Positions 30,244-40,452 of a stretch of 64,000 bases of DNA are shown in pieces. Position 1 is the first letter of the stretch. Every line of letters starts with the position of its first letter. The position numbers and the translations under genes were made by a program. The stretch comes from a virus. The stretch spans positions 32,001-96,000 of IMG/VR virus record IMGVR_UViG_3300050821_004356, one strand, 5' to 3'. Below the pieces are notes generated by a model, which saw only the letters and a list, made by a program, of their open reading frames with translations, was not told the origin of the DNA and searched no databases.

Positions 30244-31469
30244 TATTTGCTCCCGGGCGCAACGAACACAGTGCGCAATAATGATTTTATAACTTCTAAT
30301 ACGTTTCCGTATTTATCCTTAATTCCCTGGTAGTCTTCGGCATATATAAGCCGTCTCGCTTCCACGATCACTTCCATCTCTTCGAAGTCGTATCCGTTTA
30401 CGTTCTTGGGCGGCGAAGGCCGGGGAAAATTTTGAGGCTGCATACCGGCACCTGACCACCTGCCGCAACGAGAACTCCCGAGATATATGAACTGATTACG
30501 ACACACGCCGTCTGGGCAAATGTGGCGCATAATGGCTGCCAGTTTGGTATAGCTATTAGAACCAGCTGTCAATCTGGCCGTGAGAACCGTACGGCATTCT
30601 TCTGTTAAAACAATTTCAGAGTCACTCAATACGCTTTCAATGAAACTCTTATTCAACGTATTGTACGGATAACCACGTTCCCTAACCCAAGGGAGCAACT
30701 GATCTCGGCTGTTGGCATTCGCCAAACCTGTTAGTTTATTTTGACTTTCGAGCGAGTCGGCTTTTGCTTTTAACGCAATCTTGTACGCCTTTTGCGCAAA
30801 TTCTAAATCAGTGGGCACGCCACGGTCGTTCACCGTCTGATCGAATATCCAAAGCTTGCGTTCGAACTCAGGCATCGGCATCGCTTCCAAAATCTCTAAT
30901 CGGCGCATCACTTCTTCTTCAGCGTCGACGTCGCGCTTACAATAATCTGCGAACTGTTCCCACTCAACCGGATGACTGTTCCAATCATTGAAGTAAGGCT
31001 CGCCTTGCGGTTCACCTTTCTTCTTTTTCGGATACTTCGGCTTACTGAATAAATCGATCAAAGCGTCACCGCGTTTATCCTTCGTTAAGTGCGCCGGTAC
31101 GTTTAAGATTTCGCATACAGACTCCAAGTCCGCAGGAAGGGTTAGATAACGAGCGCCAACTTGGGGGTCTATGAATCGTTCGGGCGGGAGTTTGATACTG
31201 AGCAAAAACTGCAAGCAATAGCGTTCGAAGGCGCTATTAAACGCTTCGACTAAAACACTAGGATCGAGCAACGCTGCGCGTAACTCTTCGGGCATCGGGC
31301 CTTGGTGCGGCTGCCAGAGCTTCGTGACGGTTTCACTTGGAAGCTTGTAAGCCATCATCAAGATTCGAGTCAGCGGATGACAGATATAATTATAGAGACC
31401 GACGCCCTTCTGGCCGCCGATCTCGAAGAGTCCGCGTGTTTCGAAGTCGATTTTTAGCACTTTTTGCAT
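30243..31469 (-). CDS. DNA polymerase family A, N-terminal part (3'-5' exonuclease and thumb)
   Basis: IDFETR, AFNSAFER, YCKRDV, INDRG-like VNDRG, GRWSG...QPQNFPR; ends LRTVFVAP just before motif A. Confidence 0.9.
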   Translation of the reverse strand: MQKVLKIDFETRGLFEIGGQKGVGLYNYICHPLTRILMMAYKLPSETVTKLWQPHQGPMPEELRAALLDPSVLVEAFNSAFERYCLQFLLSIKLPPERFIDPQVGARYLTLPADLESVCEILNVPAHLTKDKRGDALIDLFSKPKYPKKKKGEPQGEPYFNDWNSHPVEWEQFADYCKRDVDAEEEVMRRLEILEAMPMPEFERKLWIFDQTVNDRGVPTDLEFAQKAYKIALKAKADSLESQNKLTGLANANSRDQLLPWVRERGYPYNTLNKSFIESVLSDSEIVLTEECRTVLTARLTAGSNSYTKLAAIMRHICPDGVCRNQFIYLGSSRCGRWSGAGMQPQNFPRPSPPKNVNGYDFEEMEVIVEARRLIYAEDYQGIKDKYGNVLEVIKSLLRTVFVAPGSK

Positions 31470-33539
31470 TTAGACTTCTTCAACGTCCCTCTTAATTAGC
31501 ACTTGAGTGAAAAAAGGGTCGCCTTTCTTGCCGGTGCCTTCTTGACGAATGATTCCTGCCTTCACGAGTCCGTAAAAAGCTGTGTTCCACATCGACGTTC
31601 CTGCTCTGTCGGCATGACATAATCTCATTAGCTCGCGCGTCAACAGCCGACCTTTGTGCATTTCTAGCTTCGCACGAATGCGCATTTGCAAGGCTGCTTC
31701 CCTGGTGTCGGCATCATAGGACTTCAAGAATTCCTTCACAGCAATTTCATACCGCACAATGTCAACGCCGCGATCCACGCACTCGTCGTCTATAGAATCG
31801 AGCCCCAGGTCAACCGCTAGAGCCAAGGCCCACTTAACAGCGCGGTCGGTGTACCGGCTACCCTTTGCAACTAGCTGCTGCAAATTAGGATTGTTAATAT
31901 TTTCTAACTCGAACGTGCCCCTTTGAACTGCTCGGTCGATTAACTGGCGAGTCTTCGACGATCCTGATAAAAAATCCGTTGTAACTTTTAATCTTTGTGC
32001 AGGTAGTACCTCTGGTTGGAATACGAACATTGTACGGTCGTTCAAACCCGTATCCTCGCCCGACATCTTAGACCACAGGTCTTGAAACGTTTCATCCGTG
32101 CAGCTAGTAATCAAGCTTGCACAATAAGAGCTCGGCTCCAAAGAGTACGCTTCTTTGCCACTCTTCACCAAGTTGCTAAATTTCTTAGACTCATACATCG
32201 TAAGCAAACCTGACGAAAGTGCGCTTCCGTCGATACCCGCCTTCTTGGTTAGCTGCGAGAGCTCTTCGAAGAAAACGATTGCGTTAGTCGTGTTGGTTTT
32301 CTGCATCTCAACGCCAAGGCCTTCTAGCGAACCAGGCGTGAATACCAGCGAGCGGCCTTCGGCTGTCTTAACGTCTCGGCCAGAATGTGCCAAGCAACCG
32401 ATGTAGTTAAAATATTGCATAGCGTCGTCGATTGAAAAGGACTTATGCGTTTCACCTCGCTTACCAATCAAGACCATGTAGATACTACCAATGAAAGGGC
32501 CGACGCCGAATCCTTTGATTTGTGTTTTTATTTTTGTCCCGAGATAGTTTAGCAGCATCATTGTTGCTGGTAGCCACATGAAATAATCTATTCGGGAGTT
32601 TTGTTCACAAACAGGCTTCACGAAGTTTTCGTAGATACTCGTGCCTGCCCAAACGTACCTGGGGAAAACAGGATAGCTCATCGCGCCAAAATCCGGAAGC
32701 TCCACGACTTCATCAGTCGTTGTAGGAATTTGAATATCCGGTTTCTGATTTAAAATAATATCGGCGACAGGATTTGGTTCGTACTTTTCGAACGAGCGAG
32801 CCACTTGACGGATTTTAGTTTCGTCGAGCGGAGGGGCACAGTTTTTATGCGCTAGTTCTATCAATGCGTTTTCTAATGTGTCGCCGCCTAGACCTACTGC
32901 ACGCAGGCGGCCCGCTTGACTTACCAACCAACCGTGAATATAGCCGTGCTCGATTAAACCCTTAGCATCTTGTGGATAATCGCCGCCCTTTGCTGGAATC
33001 TTTTCTGTTTTTTGCGCCAATAGCCAATCAATAAGCCATTGTGGCGCAGGAGCAGGTTGTACCCCGGGCGTTAAACAAACGTACGGTTCTTTTGAATGGG
33101 GGTGGATCGAGCCAGCTGCGACGCAGTACATGTTATTAACGCGGACGGAAAAGTCCCCGTGTTTTACGTAGGATTGTGAGATGTTGCCCATCGCGAGCGC
33201 GGCGGGGGTATTTCTAAAATAAATATGTCCCCTGCCCATTCTCGATCTCACGAGATACGTCGGGACTTCGGCCGTTAAACTGTGTCCTGTTTCTGCTTCG
33301 ATACGGCCAAGCACTTCGGGCGCGTCGACTTCAAACATCCACACCCCGTCTGGCGTACCCTTGGCTACAGCGGCCGCGTTGATGTTTCCATACGCGCGAT
33401 CCCAAGCTTCGATTTGCGCCACATCCGTTGTAGCCGACGTCGGCCAATCAGGTAGGAAAGCTGCTTTCGAATTTGCCCCGACCGGCGTGACAGGAATTCC
33501 AAGCGCCGATAAAGGTAATGCGATATCACGAAAACCCAT
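31470..33539 (-). CDS. primase (prim-pol, PriCT and C-terminal helicase-like domain)
   Basis: bifunctional prim-pol N-terminus (GRGHIYF, YCVAAGSIHP...Y, PAPQWL), PPLDETKI, divergent P-loop region. Confidence 0.8.
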   Translation of the reverse strand: MGFRDIALPLSALGIPVTPVGANSKAAFLPDWPTSATTDVAQIEAWDRAYGNINAAAVAKGTPDGVWMFEVDAPEVLGRIEAETGHSLTAEVPTYLVRSRMGRGHIYFRNTPAALAMGNISQSYVKHGDFSVRVNNMYCVAAGSIHPHSKEPYVCLTPGVQPAPAPQWLIDWLLAQKTEKIPAKGGDYPQDAKGLIEHGYIHGWLVSQAGRLRAVGLGGDTLENALIELAHKNCAPPLDETKIRQVARSFEKYEPNPVADIILNQKPDIQIPTTTDEVVELPDFGAMSYPVFPRYVWAGTSIYENFVKPVCEQNSRIDYFMWLPATMMLLNYLGTKIKTQIKGFGVGPFIGSIYMVLIGKRGETHKSFSIDDAMQYFNYIGCLAHSGRDVKTAEGRSLVFTPGSLEGLGVEMQKTNTTNAIVFFEELSQLTKKAGIDGSALSSGLLTMYESKKFSNLVKSGKEAYSLEPSSYCASLITSCTDETFQDLWSKMSGEDTGLNDRTMFVFQPEVLPAQRLKVTTDFLSGSSKTRQLIDRAVQRGTFELENINNPNLQQLVAKGSRYTDRAVKWALALAVDLGLDSIDDECVDRGVDIVRYEIAVKEFLKSYDADTREAALQMRIRAKLEMHKGRLLTRELMRLCHADRAGTSMWNTAFYGLVKAGIIRQEGTGKKGDPFFTQVLIKRDVEEV

Positions 33540-33646
33540 TGTCTCTCTATCTTAATACAAACTCGGATAAAATGCAATAAAATACCGCGCGCTCTGGCGC
33601 GGACGTCAAGCCTTCTTTCAGGTGGGCTTTCACCGCCGAGGGAAAG

Positions 33647-34318
33647 TTAGAAGGGGCGAGGGCCTGTTGGGGCTGCCGCCGGTGTACCCGCGTTCAAGTC
33701 CACAGTCTTGCCTTGATTAGCCAAAGCTGCTGCTAGCTGGGCTTGTAGAGCCGCGATATCCACGGTAGATGCTGCAGGAGCCTGCTGAGCCTGTTGGGCT
33801 GCTGCAGGCGTCGCATACGTCTGCACGGTGGTGCCCTGAGGACCAGCTTGGGTCTTGGGGCGGTTCTTGAAGCGCACGTAGTTGGCCGGGATCGGGGGCG
33901 CGACCATACCGGCTTGGATTGGACCGATGCCGTCAACGTTGATGTACGGGTCGTTGGGGTCCTTGGGATTCGGGTTTTGAACCAACACGAGAATGTTGCT
34001 ACGGCCGATAACCAGCTGTTCTAGCTGTTCAGTCGACGTCACCAAAGGCGGTGCTTGTCCGAGAATCTGCGTCAAACGCTTAGGCAATTCAGCCTTTCCA
34101 CCCATATTAGCTGCCCAAATTCCAACTGCTTCAACCGGTGAGCCGTCTTTGCCAATATACAGCTGACCGTTGAGATGTGCTAACACCCAGTGAATGCGGA
34201 CTTTGTTTTTGATGCCGTATGCGGTTTGGACATTAGGCATTTCGACCAAGTCCACCGCAGTTGCCAAGTACATGCCCGGTGCCGGTTTTTCGAATTTCTT
34301 GCCCTGAAGTACTTCCAT
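33647..34318 (-). CDS. putative single-stranded DNA-binding protein
   Basis: FEKPAPGMYLAT OB-like N-terminus, low-complexity tail ending PF; lies between primase and exonuclease. Confidence 0.55.
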   Translation of the reverse strand: MEVLQGKKFEKPAPGMYLATAVDLVEMPNVQTAYGIKNKVRIHWVLAHLNGQLYIGKDGSPVEAVGIWAANMGGKAELPKRLTQILGQAPPLVTSTEQLEQLVIGRSNILVLVQNPNPKDPNDPYINVDGIGPIQAGMVAPPIPANYVRFKNRPKTQAGPQGTTVQTYATPAAAQQAQQAPAASTVDIAALQAQLAAALANQGKTVDLNAGTPAAAPTGPRPF

Positions 34319-34334
34319 GTTTTATTTCTCCTTG

Positions 34335-35078
34335 TTAATCATCTCTCAAACTTTCGAGTGTTATTTCTTTTGGAGCTATTGCTATGGCGAACGGCACCTT
34401 TGTTGCGAGTGCTTGAACGTCCATTTCCTTCACTGCCGACCACCAAACGCGAGCATTAGGATTCCACCTGAAGCCCGCTTTCCTTGCTGCCTTGTTTGCT
34501 GCTTGATCCCTCCCTTGCTGGCTTAGAATTACAAGCGTCGGACTAGCCGCGCGTTCTGCGACTTTCTCGATGTCATAATTTGAAACCAGCTTGATTACTG
34601 CCTTTGCGTCATCTTCGGCGCTATGCGCATTTGGATTCAAAAAGCCCGCCTTTGCGCACATCGTTACTAACTGCTCTCCCTTCGTATTGGGTAGATCGGT
34701 CATAGTATCCATGACCAATTTCATAGGAGCGAGATCGATACCCTCACGCTTGGCAGTATTCCGGATCATCGGAAGGTCGAACCACAAAATATTGTGACCT
34801 ATTACCGCGTCAGCTTGTAATACGTATTCGTTGAAGGTCTCGATCCCGCTTTTTTGGGGGTACCCAAACTTATCTAAAGCACTTTGTGTAATGCCAGTTA
34901 AACCTGTAATCTCGTCGGAAACTTTAACGTCTGATTCTAAGAGAAAGCCTGTGCTTTCAAGAATTTTGTTTTGGCCTGTTGAGTAAAGCACAAGTCCGAA
35001 TTCAATAATTCGGTCGTTTTGTTTATCCAATCCCGTGCTCTCGATGTCGACGGATGCTAAAATCACGGTGTTCTCCAA
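34335..35078 (-). CDS. DEDDh 3'-5' exonuclease (DnaQ-like)
   Basis: VDIESTGLD, GHNILWFD, AHSAEDD. Confidence 0.9.
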   Translation of the reverse strand: MENTVILASVDIESTGLDKQNDRIIEFGLVLYSTGQNKILESTGFLLESDVKVSDEITGLTGITQSALDKFGYPQKSGIETFNEYVLQADAVIGHNILWFDLPMIRNTAKREGIDLAPMKLVMDTMTDLPNTKGEQLVTMCAKAGFLNPNAHSAEDDAKAVIKLVSNYDIEKVAERAASPTLVILSQQGRDQAANKAARKAGFRWNPNARVWWSAVKEMDVQALATKVPFAIAIAPKEITLESLRDD

Positions 35079-35587
35079 TTTAGAACTGATGGCTTCAGGC
35101 CTTTGATTGGGCCTTCGTTCTCTTTTAACGGGAGTGTGCCGGTTTCGCTTTCATCGCGACGCAAATCTTTATATCTGAATTCACCTCGTCCTGCCTCCTG
35201 TCCCATGAACTCCGGTACGATGCGCTCCGACGAAGATGCGTGCTCTACCGATCTTCCCCATAGCTTTAAAGCGTACTGCCATTTAAAACTAAACTTGGGA
35301 TTATTACTCCACGCTTCGAACGGGCAGTAAGCGCACCAAATCTTTTCGCTACTATCGATAAACACATGACGATGAACGCTACTATCTCTGCCTGTCTGTC
35401 TACCGTACCGACCACCTTTTGAATGCTGGCAGTTTTGCTGGCGATTAAAACTTCTACACAGGCCTTGAAAATCCCAATCAAGTCGTTGCCGTTGTCTCGT
35501 TTTAGCCGGTTGGGCCGCCAATTTCTTTTCTTTTTCTATCATTAGTGCGAGAAGCTTGTCGAGAAGTTCTTTATTAGGTACGCTCAT
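35063..35587 (-). CDS. hypothetical protein
   Basis: coupled ORF. Confidence 0.55.
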   Translation of the reverse strand: MSVPNKELLDKLLALMIEKEKKLAAQPAKTRQRQRLDWDFQGLCRSFNRQQNCQHSKGGRYGRQTGRDSSVHRHVFIDSSEKIWCAYCPFEAWSNNPKFSFKWQYALKLWGRSVEHASSSERIVPEFMGQEAGRGEFRYKDLRRDESETGTLPLKENEGPIKGLKPSVLNWRTP

Positions 35588-35937
35588 TGCTTCCTCACCT
35601 TATTCCCGCTCTTGTCGACAAACTCACCTTCGTGCTCTGGATCAGGTTGCGGCATCTCTACGGTTGTTGCCTTAACTTCCGATTCGAAGTAAGTCAACAT
35701 GTGCATCGGAACCCAAACGCGTTTAGACTGCTTGCCTTGCGTCTCGTGGTTGGGCTCCAGCCTTGCGATCATGCCACCATTCTCCGTAATAGCCTTTAAA
35801 CGTTGCATAATACGCTCTGCTAACTCGGCCGGGGTCTCCACGTCATCAACGAAGACTTGATGAATCGCATTAGGCAACAGCACTGGCTTTCTCGTTAAGT
35901 CGAGATGACCGGTGATCGTAGAGTGAAAGGTTGGCAT
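35584..35937 (-). CDS. hypothetical protein
   Basis: coupled ORF. Confidence 0.6.
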   Translation of the reverse strand: MPTFHSTITGHLDLTRKPVLLPNAIHQVFVDDVETPAELAERIMQRLKAITENGGMIARLEPNHETQGKQSKRVWVPMHMLTYFESEVKATTVEMPQPDPEHEGEFVDKSGNKVRKQ

Positions 35938-35939
35938 AA

Positions 35940-36287
35940 TTATCCCAATACTATCGGGCCGCCAGTACCACTCTTCAAATTAGCGTCGGAAACAACGGCT
36001 GCTGCCGCCGCTTGGGCTGCCGCTGCCACAGCTGCCGCATTGCCTGCTTCGATGATCTTCTTCGGTACAGGGATGTTGTGCAAGCCAGCGCGGATTCCGC
36101 TAATCTCGCAAACATCATCGTGGTACAAAAGCACGCGACCATCTGGTGTTTGAACGAGTCGAATCCCCTTCATCCACTCGTTGCCTGGTCGGGTGGGTAC
36201 TTCTTTCCCTTCGGCTGGGTTAAAGGTGACTGTTTTATTGCATTCCGGTCCGTCACACGTCAGTGTTTTAGTGTCTATAGCGGGCAT
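35940..36287 (-). CDS. hypothetical protein
   Basis: TCDGPEC motif, GGAG RBS. Confidence 0.6.
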   Translation of the reverse strand: MPAIDTKTLTCDGPECNKTVTFNPAEGKEVPTRPGNEWMKGIRLVQTPDGRVLLYHDDVCEISGIRAGLHNIPVPKKIIEAGNAAAVAAAAQAAAAAVVSDANLKSGTGGPIVLG

Positions 36288-36288
36288 T

Positions 36289-36837
36289 TTATTCTCCTAT
36301 ATTTACAAGCGATTTTAAAGTTTTAAACAGTTCCTCTTTGTTGAAAAATATGTCCGTAGCGAATTGGTGCATCACTTCAACCCTCTCAGGCTCCTCATCA
36401 AAAAGAATAAAACCGGGTTTTCCCTTTCCGATTACGTACCCTAGTTCGAGATGACCGCTCTTACCTGCGGGCATTACCATCACAGCTGCGTCACAGCGAT
36501 CTATATGAGACTTATCAAATGCGAAAATATGACGCGCCGCGTAGCTCTGTAAGGTCTGCTTATAGTTCCGACCACGAGCCTTTGAATAATCTCTCAAGAA
36601 GTCATCGGCATCTGGTCCGCAAGAAAACCAATCCGAAAAGGCCTCGAATCCTTGTTCCTGCAATTCGTTCGCAAAGGATACGATTGCTGGGTTACGAAGC
36701 GATCCGATTATGTAAATCGATTTTGCTTTAATTGTAGTGTTTGTGCTCCCAATTGTAATGCACCCGGGACAATCGCTTCTCGACGCCCATCCTTGATGAT
36801 CGATATGAGCCTTTGTGTTGTTGTTGTCCCAAACCAT
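36289..36837 (-). CDS. nucleoside 2-deoxyribosyltransferase-like protein
   Basis: IYIIGS...D-x-x-x-IDRCD...SGHLELGYVIGKGKP; start placed at the TAATG overlap. Confidence 0.75.
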   Translation of the reverse strand: MVWDNNNTKAHIDHQGWASRSDCPGCITIGSTNTTIKAKSIYIIGSLRNPAIVSFANELQEQGFEAFSDWFSCGPDADDFLRDYSKARGRNYKQTLQSYAARHIFAFDKSHIDRCDAAVMVMPAGKSGHLELGYVIGKGKPGFILFDEEPERVEVMHQFATDIFFNKEELFKTLKSLVNIGE

Positions 36838-37397
36838 TACGCCGCCTTTTTTCTCTTGCTGAGCTCTTTGAACCTTTCCAAGAATTTCTTCTCGGCCTTC
36901 TCGGGCGTCCAGCGAGTGATCTTCACTCTCGCAGATACCCCGCCGGTTCCCCACTTAATTTTCCAACGGTGGTTACCCGCGATCAGCTGTTCCTTCTCGG
37001 CGTACAACAAAAGATTATCGGCGTAATGCACTGACGGCGGTTGAACCAAAGCCAGCCCATACTTAACAGCTATTGAATTTTGTACAACTGTTTCTTGGGC
37101 TCGATACGCTGGACCGGCCTGGGTGAAATGTTTCAACGGGCGGTTCATATCGCCCATGTACGCTTCGCTCCCATCGTGCATGAGCCTGTCGAATGCCTCG
37201 TCCTCAGGTCCGATAAAACTGCAGTACCAGCTGTGTTGCGCAATCGAATAGTGATACTTAGTGTGACCTGTCCAGCGGCACTGGTAAGCTAATGAGTGCG
37301 CGATATCCCGAATGTCGATGTCCTTCAACCGTGGCTGGAGCAGGTAAAACTTCTTTCCGGTAAATGTCGAAATCCACGCCTTACTAACGTCTCTCAT
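36837..37397 (-). CDS. HD-domain 5'-deoxynucleotidase-like phosphohydrolase
   Basis: DIAHSLA...R...YSIAQHS...LMHDGSEAYMGD...AD. Confidence 0.88.
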   Translation of the reverse strand: MRDVSKAWISTFTGKKFYLLQPRLKDIDIRDIAHSLAYQCRWTGHTKYHYSIAQHSWYCSFIGPEDEAFDRLMHDGSEAYMGDMNRPLKHFTQAGPAYRAQETVVQNSIAVKYGLALVQPPSVHYADNLLLYAEKEQLIAGNHRWKIKWGTGGVSARVKITRWTPEKAEKKFLERFKELSKRKKAA

Positions 37398-37914
37398 TCG
37401 CTCCCTTTCTTAATGTGAGGTACGAGTATAAAGCTAATGCACGAACCTTAAGTTGTTCTAACGTTCCGTTGTTATCGAGAATATAGTCAGCCATCGACGG
37501 TAGCACCGAAGTCGATGCAGTCGACTCAGGCGGTACGTACTGGCTGCGGTCTACCCAAATGCTGTAATCGAAAAGACCCTCGTCTCGGATTGCTTCAAAC
37601 TCCACCACGTTTCGAATGCCCACGTAAATATCGTTATCCGCATAAATTTCACGAGCAAGCTTAGCGCTATCCGGTGTGTTGTACGCCTTGATCTGCTCGT
37701 ACCAATCCTGGCGACGATTCACGCGATCCGCGTAACAATCTTCGAGATTTGCGTAAGTGATACCCTTCGATGCAAGAAAGGGCACCATCACCTTTTCAGC
37801 TGCTGCGAAACTTGAAGACACGAACCGGAGACCTAATGACTTGTGTAGAATCTCAGCGACCGTGTCCTTACCGTGTCGAGCATAACCGAATATCATGAGC
37901 TTCGGTCTGCTCAC
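37384..37914 (-). CDS. deoxynucleoside monophosphate kinase-like protein
   Basis: GYARHGKDTVAE P-loop, GIR...E, DNNGTLE. Confidence 0.8.
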   Translation of the reverse strand: MSRPKLMIFGYARHGKDTVAEILHKSLGLRFVSSSFAAAEKVMVPFLASKGITYANLEDCYADRVNRRQDWYEQIKAYNTPDSAKLAREIYADNDIYVGIRNVVEFEAIRDEGLFDYSIWVDRSQYVPPESTASTSVLPSMADYILDNNGTLEQLKVRALALYSYLTLRKGANERR

Positions 37915-38126
37915 GCCTTGCTCACTCCCTCGATTTCGATTTCGGTGTCGATGATGTCACCGGGTGCTTCCCACAATCTGTTAAAGCTGTTTTTCATTTC
38001 ACGGGCCTTTGTTAGAGCTTCTTCTAAAGAAGTCGCGCCTTCCATCTCGGCGTAGAAATAAACATTGGCTTTCACTTGGACTTGAAACTTCGGCTTGTTT
38101 TCTTTTTTACTCACTAGGCTCTCCAT
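37911..38126 (-). CDS. hypothetical protein
   Basis: coupled ORF. Confidence 0.5.
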   Translation of the reverse strand: MESLVSKKENKPKFQVQVKANVYFYAEMEGATSLEEALTKAREMKNSFNRLWEAPGDIIDTEIEIEGVSKA

Positions 38127-39769
38127 TTATTCGCGTAGATTGTGATTAGCGATCTCTTGCCATTCGGATACGTCACGATATGCGTGTGCGTCCAATTGCT
38201 CGGACCTTTTGTGTAATCCCAGCGCAACTTACTAGTTGTGCCCGCAACGTACAAGCCATTGTATATGCCGGTGGCGTGTGTGTGTGCTGTGTTGGCCTTG
38301 CGTGCCATCTTAGATAGATTCTCAGGCGTTCCGAATCGTCCCGCAGGGCCGAGGTGACCGTGCATTCCGTTTTCGATCTTCTTACCGCAAGTCTTAAATG
38401 GCTCGTCGGTCAACAAGAACTTTGTCTTAGCTTTGTAACCGCCATACTCGCGCAGCGCATATTCAAGCACGTTGATGTCGCGAACCATCTTCGGATTGGC
38501 TGTGCGAGCGCGAGACTGTTCGTCAGTAACACCATTGCGAATCTCTTTGTACAGATACTTTTGTAGGTCAAGAAATATTTCGGTGTTGGGAGGGTCCTTC
38601 CGATAGTCGTATTCTCGGAGCCACTTCTTAATCCACGCGTCGTCATGGTTTGAATCTACGATAATGGTCTTCGAGAACGGGCGTTCGTAGCGATCTAATA
38701 ACTTGACTGTATCGATCAACTCGTTGTCTAGCTTATGATATCCACGAAGCCAGGTATGAAATTTCTCGTGATTCGTTTTATACTTGCGCTGATGTGGGTT
38801 GACTGCCGCGCCTTCCATTACGTCATGCAAGAATTGAAACTTTGGCTGAAGCGCGTCGACCATTTCGAGTGAAGTTTTGACTACGTTCGGGTCGGCAAAG
38901 ACGCCATGCAAGTCACCGTGCGTGATTGCCTCGACGCGATTGCCCTTCGTGATATGACCGTTGTCCACGATAATATCTAAGTCTTGGATTGTGCCCTTCT
39001 CATCTTCGTTCAACTGGCGTACCCACCAGTTACCATCTGAGTTCACTTCGACCAGGAGCCCACCGTAAATGTGGTGAAACTCTGCGATCACGCCTTCGCG
39101 CTTCTGAATATAGTTGCGCTGCGTCACGGTGCCAGTCGTATAGTTCAGCTTCACGCCTTCACCTTGCATCGTTGCGATAGATCGCATTGCTAACTTAGCA
39201 TGAGGAAAGATTGCCGACGCACGGCCTGTATATGATTCGAGTCCAGCCAGGGGATTGACGGCGGTTGGCAGGATGTTCATTTCTCCACACCAAACTAGAC
39301 CTGGTGCGAGCTCAATACGTTCATCGTTGATGTATTTTGTTATGAACGGATCGTACCACAGTTCCGTTTCCTTGTCTGCTGCCTTACCACGCTTCACGCT
39401 CAGCTTGCCATACGCATTCTGATTGTACGTGAAGGTGCCTACAATAATTTCAGCGTTGTAATATTCAGCTAATGTCAGCAAATTTTGCCACGCAGATTTG
39501 TGTAAGTGCGTATTATTTTGGGCGGATGTTAGAATGTATCGGCGAACTTCGCCTTTCTTGGGTAGGGTGCGTTTGACGGACTTTGTACCTTCCTCGGAGC
39601 CCGCTGCAATAGGTTTGTCTAACTTACCAAGCGGTGTTAGCTTGCGGCGTACAGACGAACGGCTGATGCCGAGCTCTTTTGCGGTAGCGCGGATGTTACC
39701 TGCGTTTCTTTCAAAAGCTGCTAAGACATCTTCCGGCGACTTTCTATCTGCTTTAGCGACTACTGTCAT
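38114..39769 (-). CDS. HTH plus calcineurin-like metallophosphoesterase
   Basis: NIRATAKELGISRSSV HTH; GDLH, HD, SNHD, HGH, AHTH; start at ATGA overlap. Confidence 0.8.
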   Translation of the reverse strand: MTVVAKADRKSPEDVLAAFERNAGNIRATAKELGISRSSVRRKLTPLGKLDKPIAAGSEEGTKSVKRTLPKKGEVRRYILTSAQNNTHLHKSAWQNLLTLAEYYNAEIIVGTFTYNQNAYGKLSVKRGKAADKETELWYDPFITKYINDERIELAPGLVWCGEMNILPTAVNPLAGLESYTGRASAIFPHAKLAMRSIATMQGEGVKLNYTTGTVTQRNYIQKREGVIAEFHHIYGGLLVEVNSDGNWWVRQLNEDEKGTIQDLDIIVDNGHITKGNRVEAITHGDLHGVFADPNVVKTSLEMVDALQPKFQFLHDVMEGAAVNPHQRKYKTNHEKFHTWLRGYHKLDNELIDTVKLLDRYERPFSKTIIVDSNHDDAWIKKWLREYDYRKDPPNTEIFLDLQKYLYKEIRNGVTDEQSRARTANPKMVRDINVLEYALREYGGYKAKTKFLLTDEPFKTCGKKIENGMHGHLGPAGRFGTPENLSKMARKANTAHTHATGIYNGLYVAGTTSKLRWDYTKGPSNWTHTHIVTYPNGKRSLITIYANKWRA

Positions 39770-40452
39770 GGCTTTATGATCTCCCGGCTGACAAATCCAG
39801 CAACAAATCCGATGCCAAACCATTTCATTTTACCTTTACGCGCGTTTGCTTTCTCTGCATTTAGCACTTTAGCGTCTGTATCAATCTGGTCTTTTAAGAC
39901 TTTCTTGTCTTCGACTATGATGTTCGCTTGGTCAGCTATCGTTGCTGTTTGATTTTTGATTATTCCGTTTTGCTGTACGACCGTTTGTGCGTCCGCTATG
40001 CCTTGGTCTAGCCTTGTGACTATATCGACAGCTAATGGCAACGGCACTATCAAATCCTGGGTCGAATCTAGAGTGATTGTCCCTTGTTTAAATCCCGTAA
40101 TAGTCTCTATGCGATGTCCTAAATCCGGCGCAGGCAGGGCCTTGTCGTGTATAATTTGGACTTTTGCTTGTGACTGTGTTTGGGATATTGTTAATAGGAA
40201 AGCTGCGTTATCTTTGTCGCGTTGGGCCTGGTTGGCTGCGAACAGATTCGCAAGTTGTGTGCTGTGGTCCTTCTCGACGGCCAGTGCTTGCTCGGCCTGG
40301 TTGGCTCTCGCGGTCTCGATGGCCGCATATTTGGATTCAAAGAGGTAAACGCCCGAGAGCAGCGCTATGCCTAGCAGAATGTATAGCACGGCGTGGTGCG
40401 CGGTTATCCAAACGCCTGCCTTGGATTCGATACTTTGTATTTCAGTTGTCAT
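39766..40452 (-). CDS. membrane-anchored coiled-coil protein (possible spanin)
   Basis: N-terminal TM, long helical region, C-terminal hydrophobic segment. Confidence 0.55.
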   Translation of the reverse strand: MTTEIQSIESKAGVWITAHHAVLYILLGIALLSGVYLFESKYAAIETARANQAEQALAVEKDHSTQLANLFAANQAQRDKDNAAFLLTISQTQSQAKVQIIHDKALPAPDLGHRIETITGFKQGTITLDSTQDLIVPLPLAVDIVTRLDQGIADAQTVVQQNGIIKNQTATIADQANIIVEDKKVLKDQIDTDAKVLNAEKANARKGKMKWFGIGFVAGFVSREIIKP

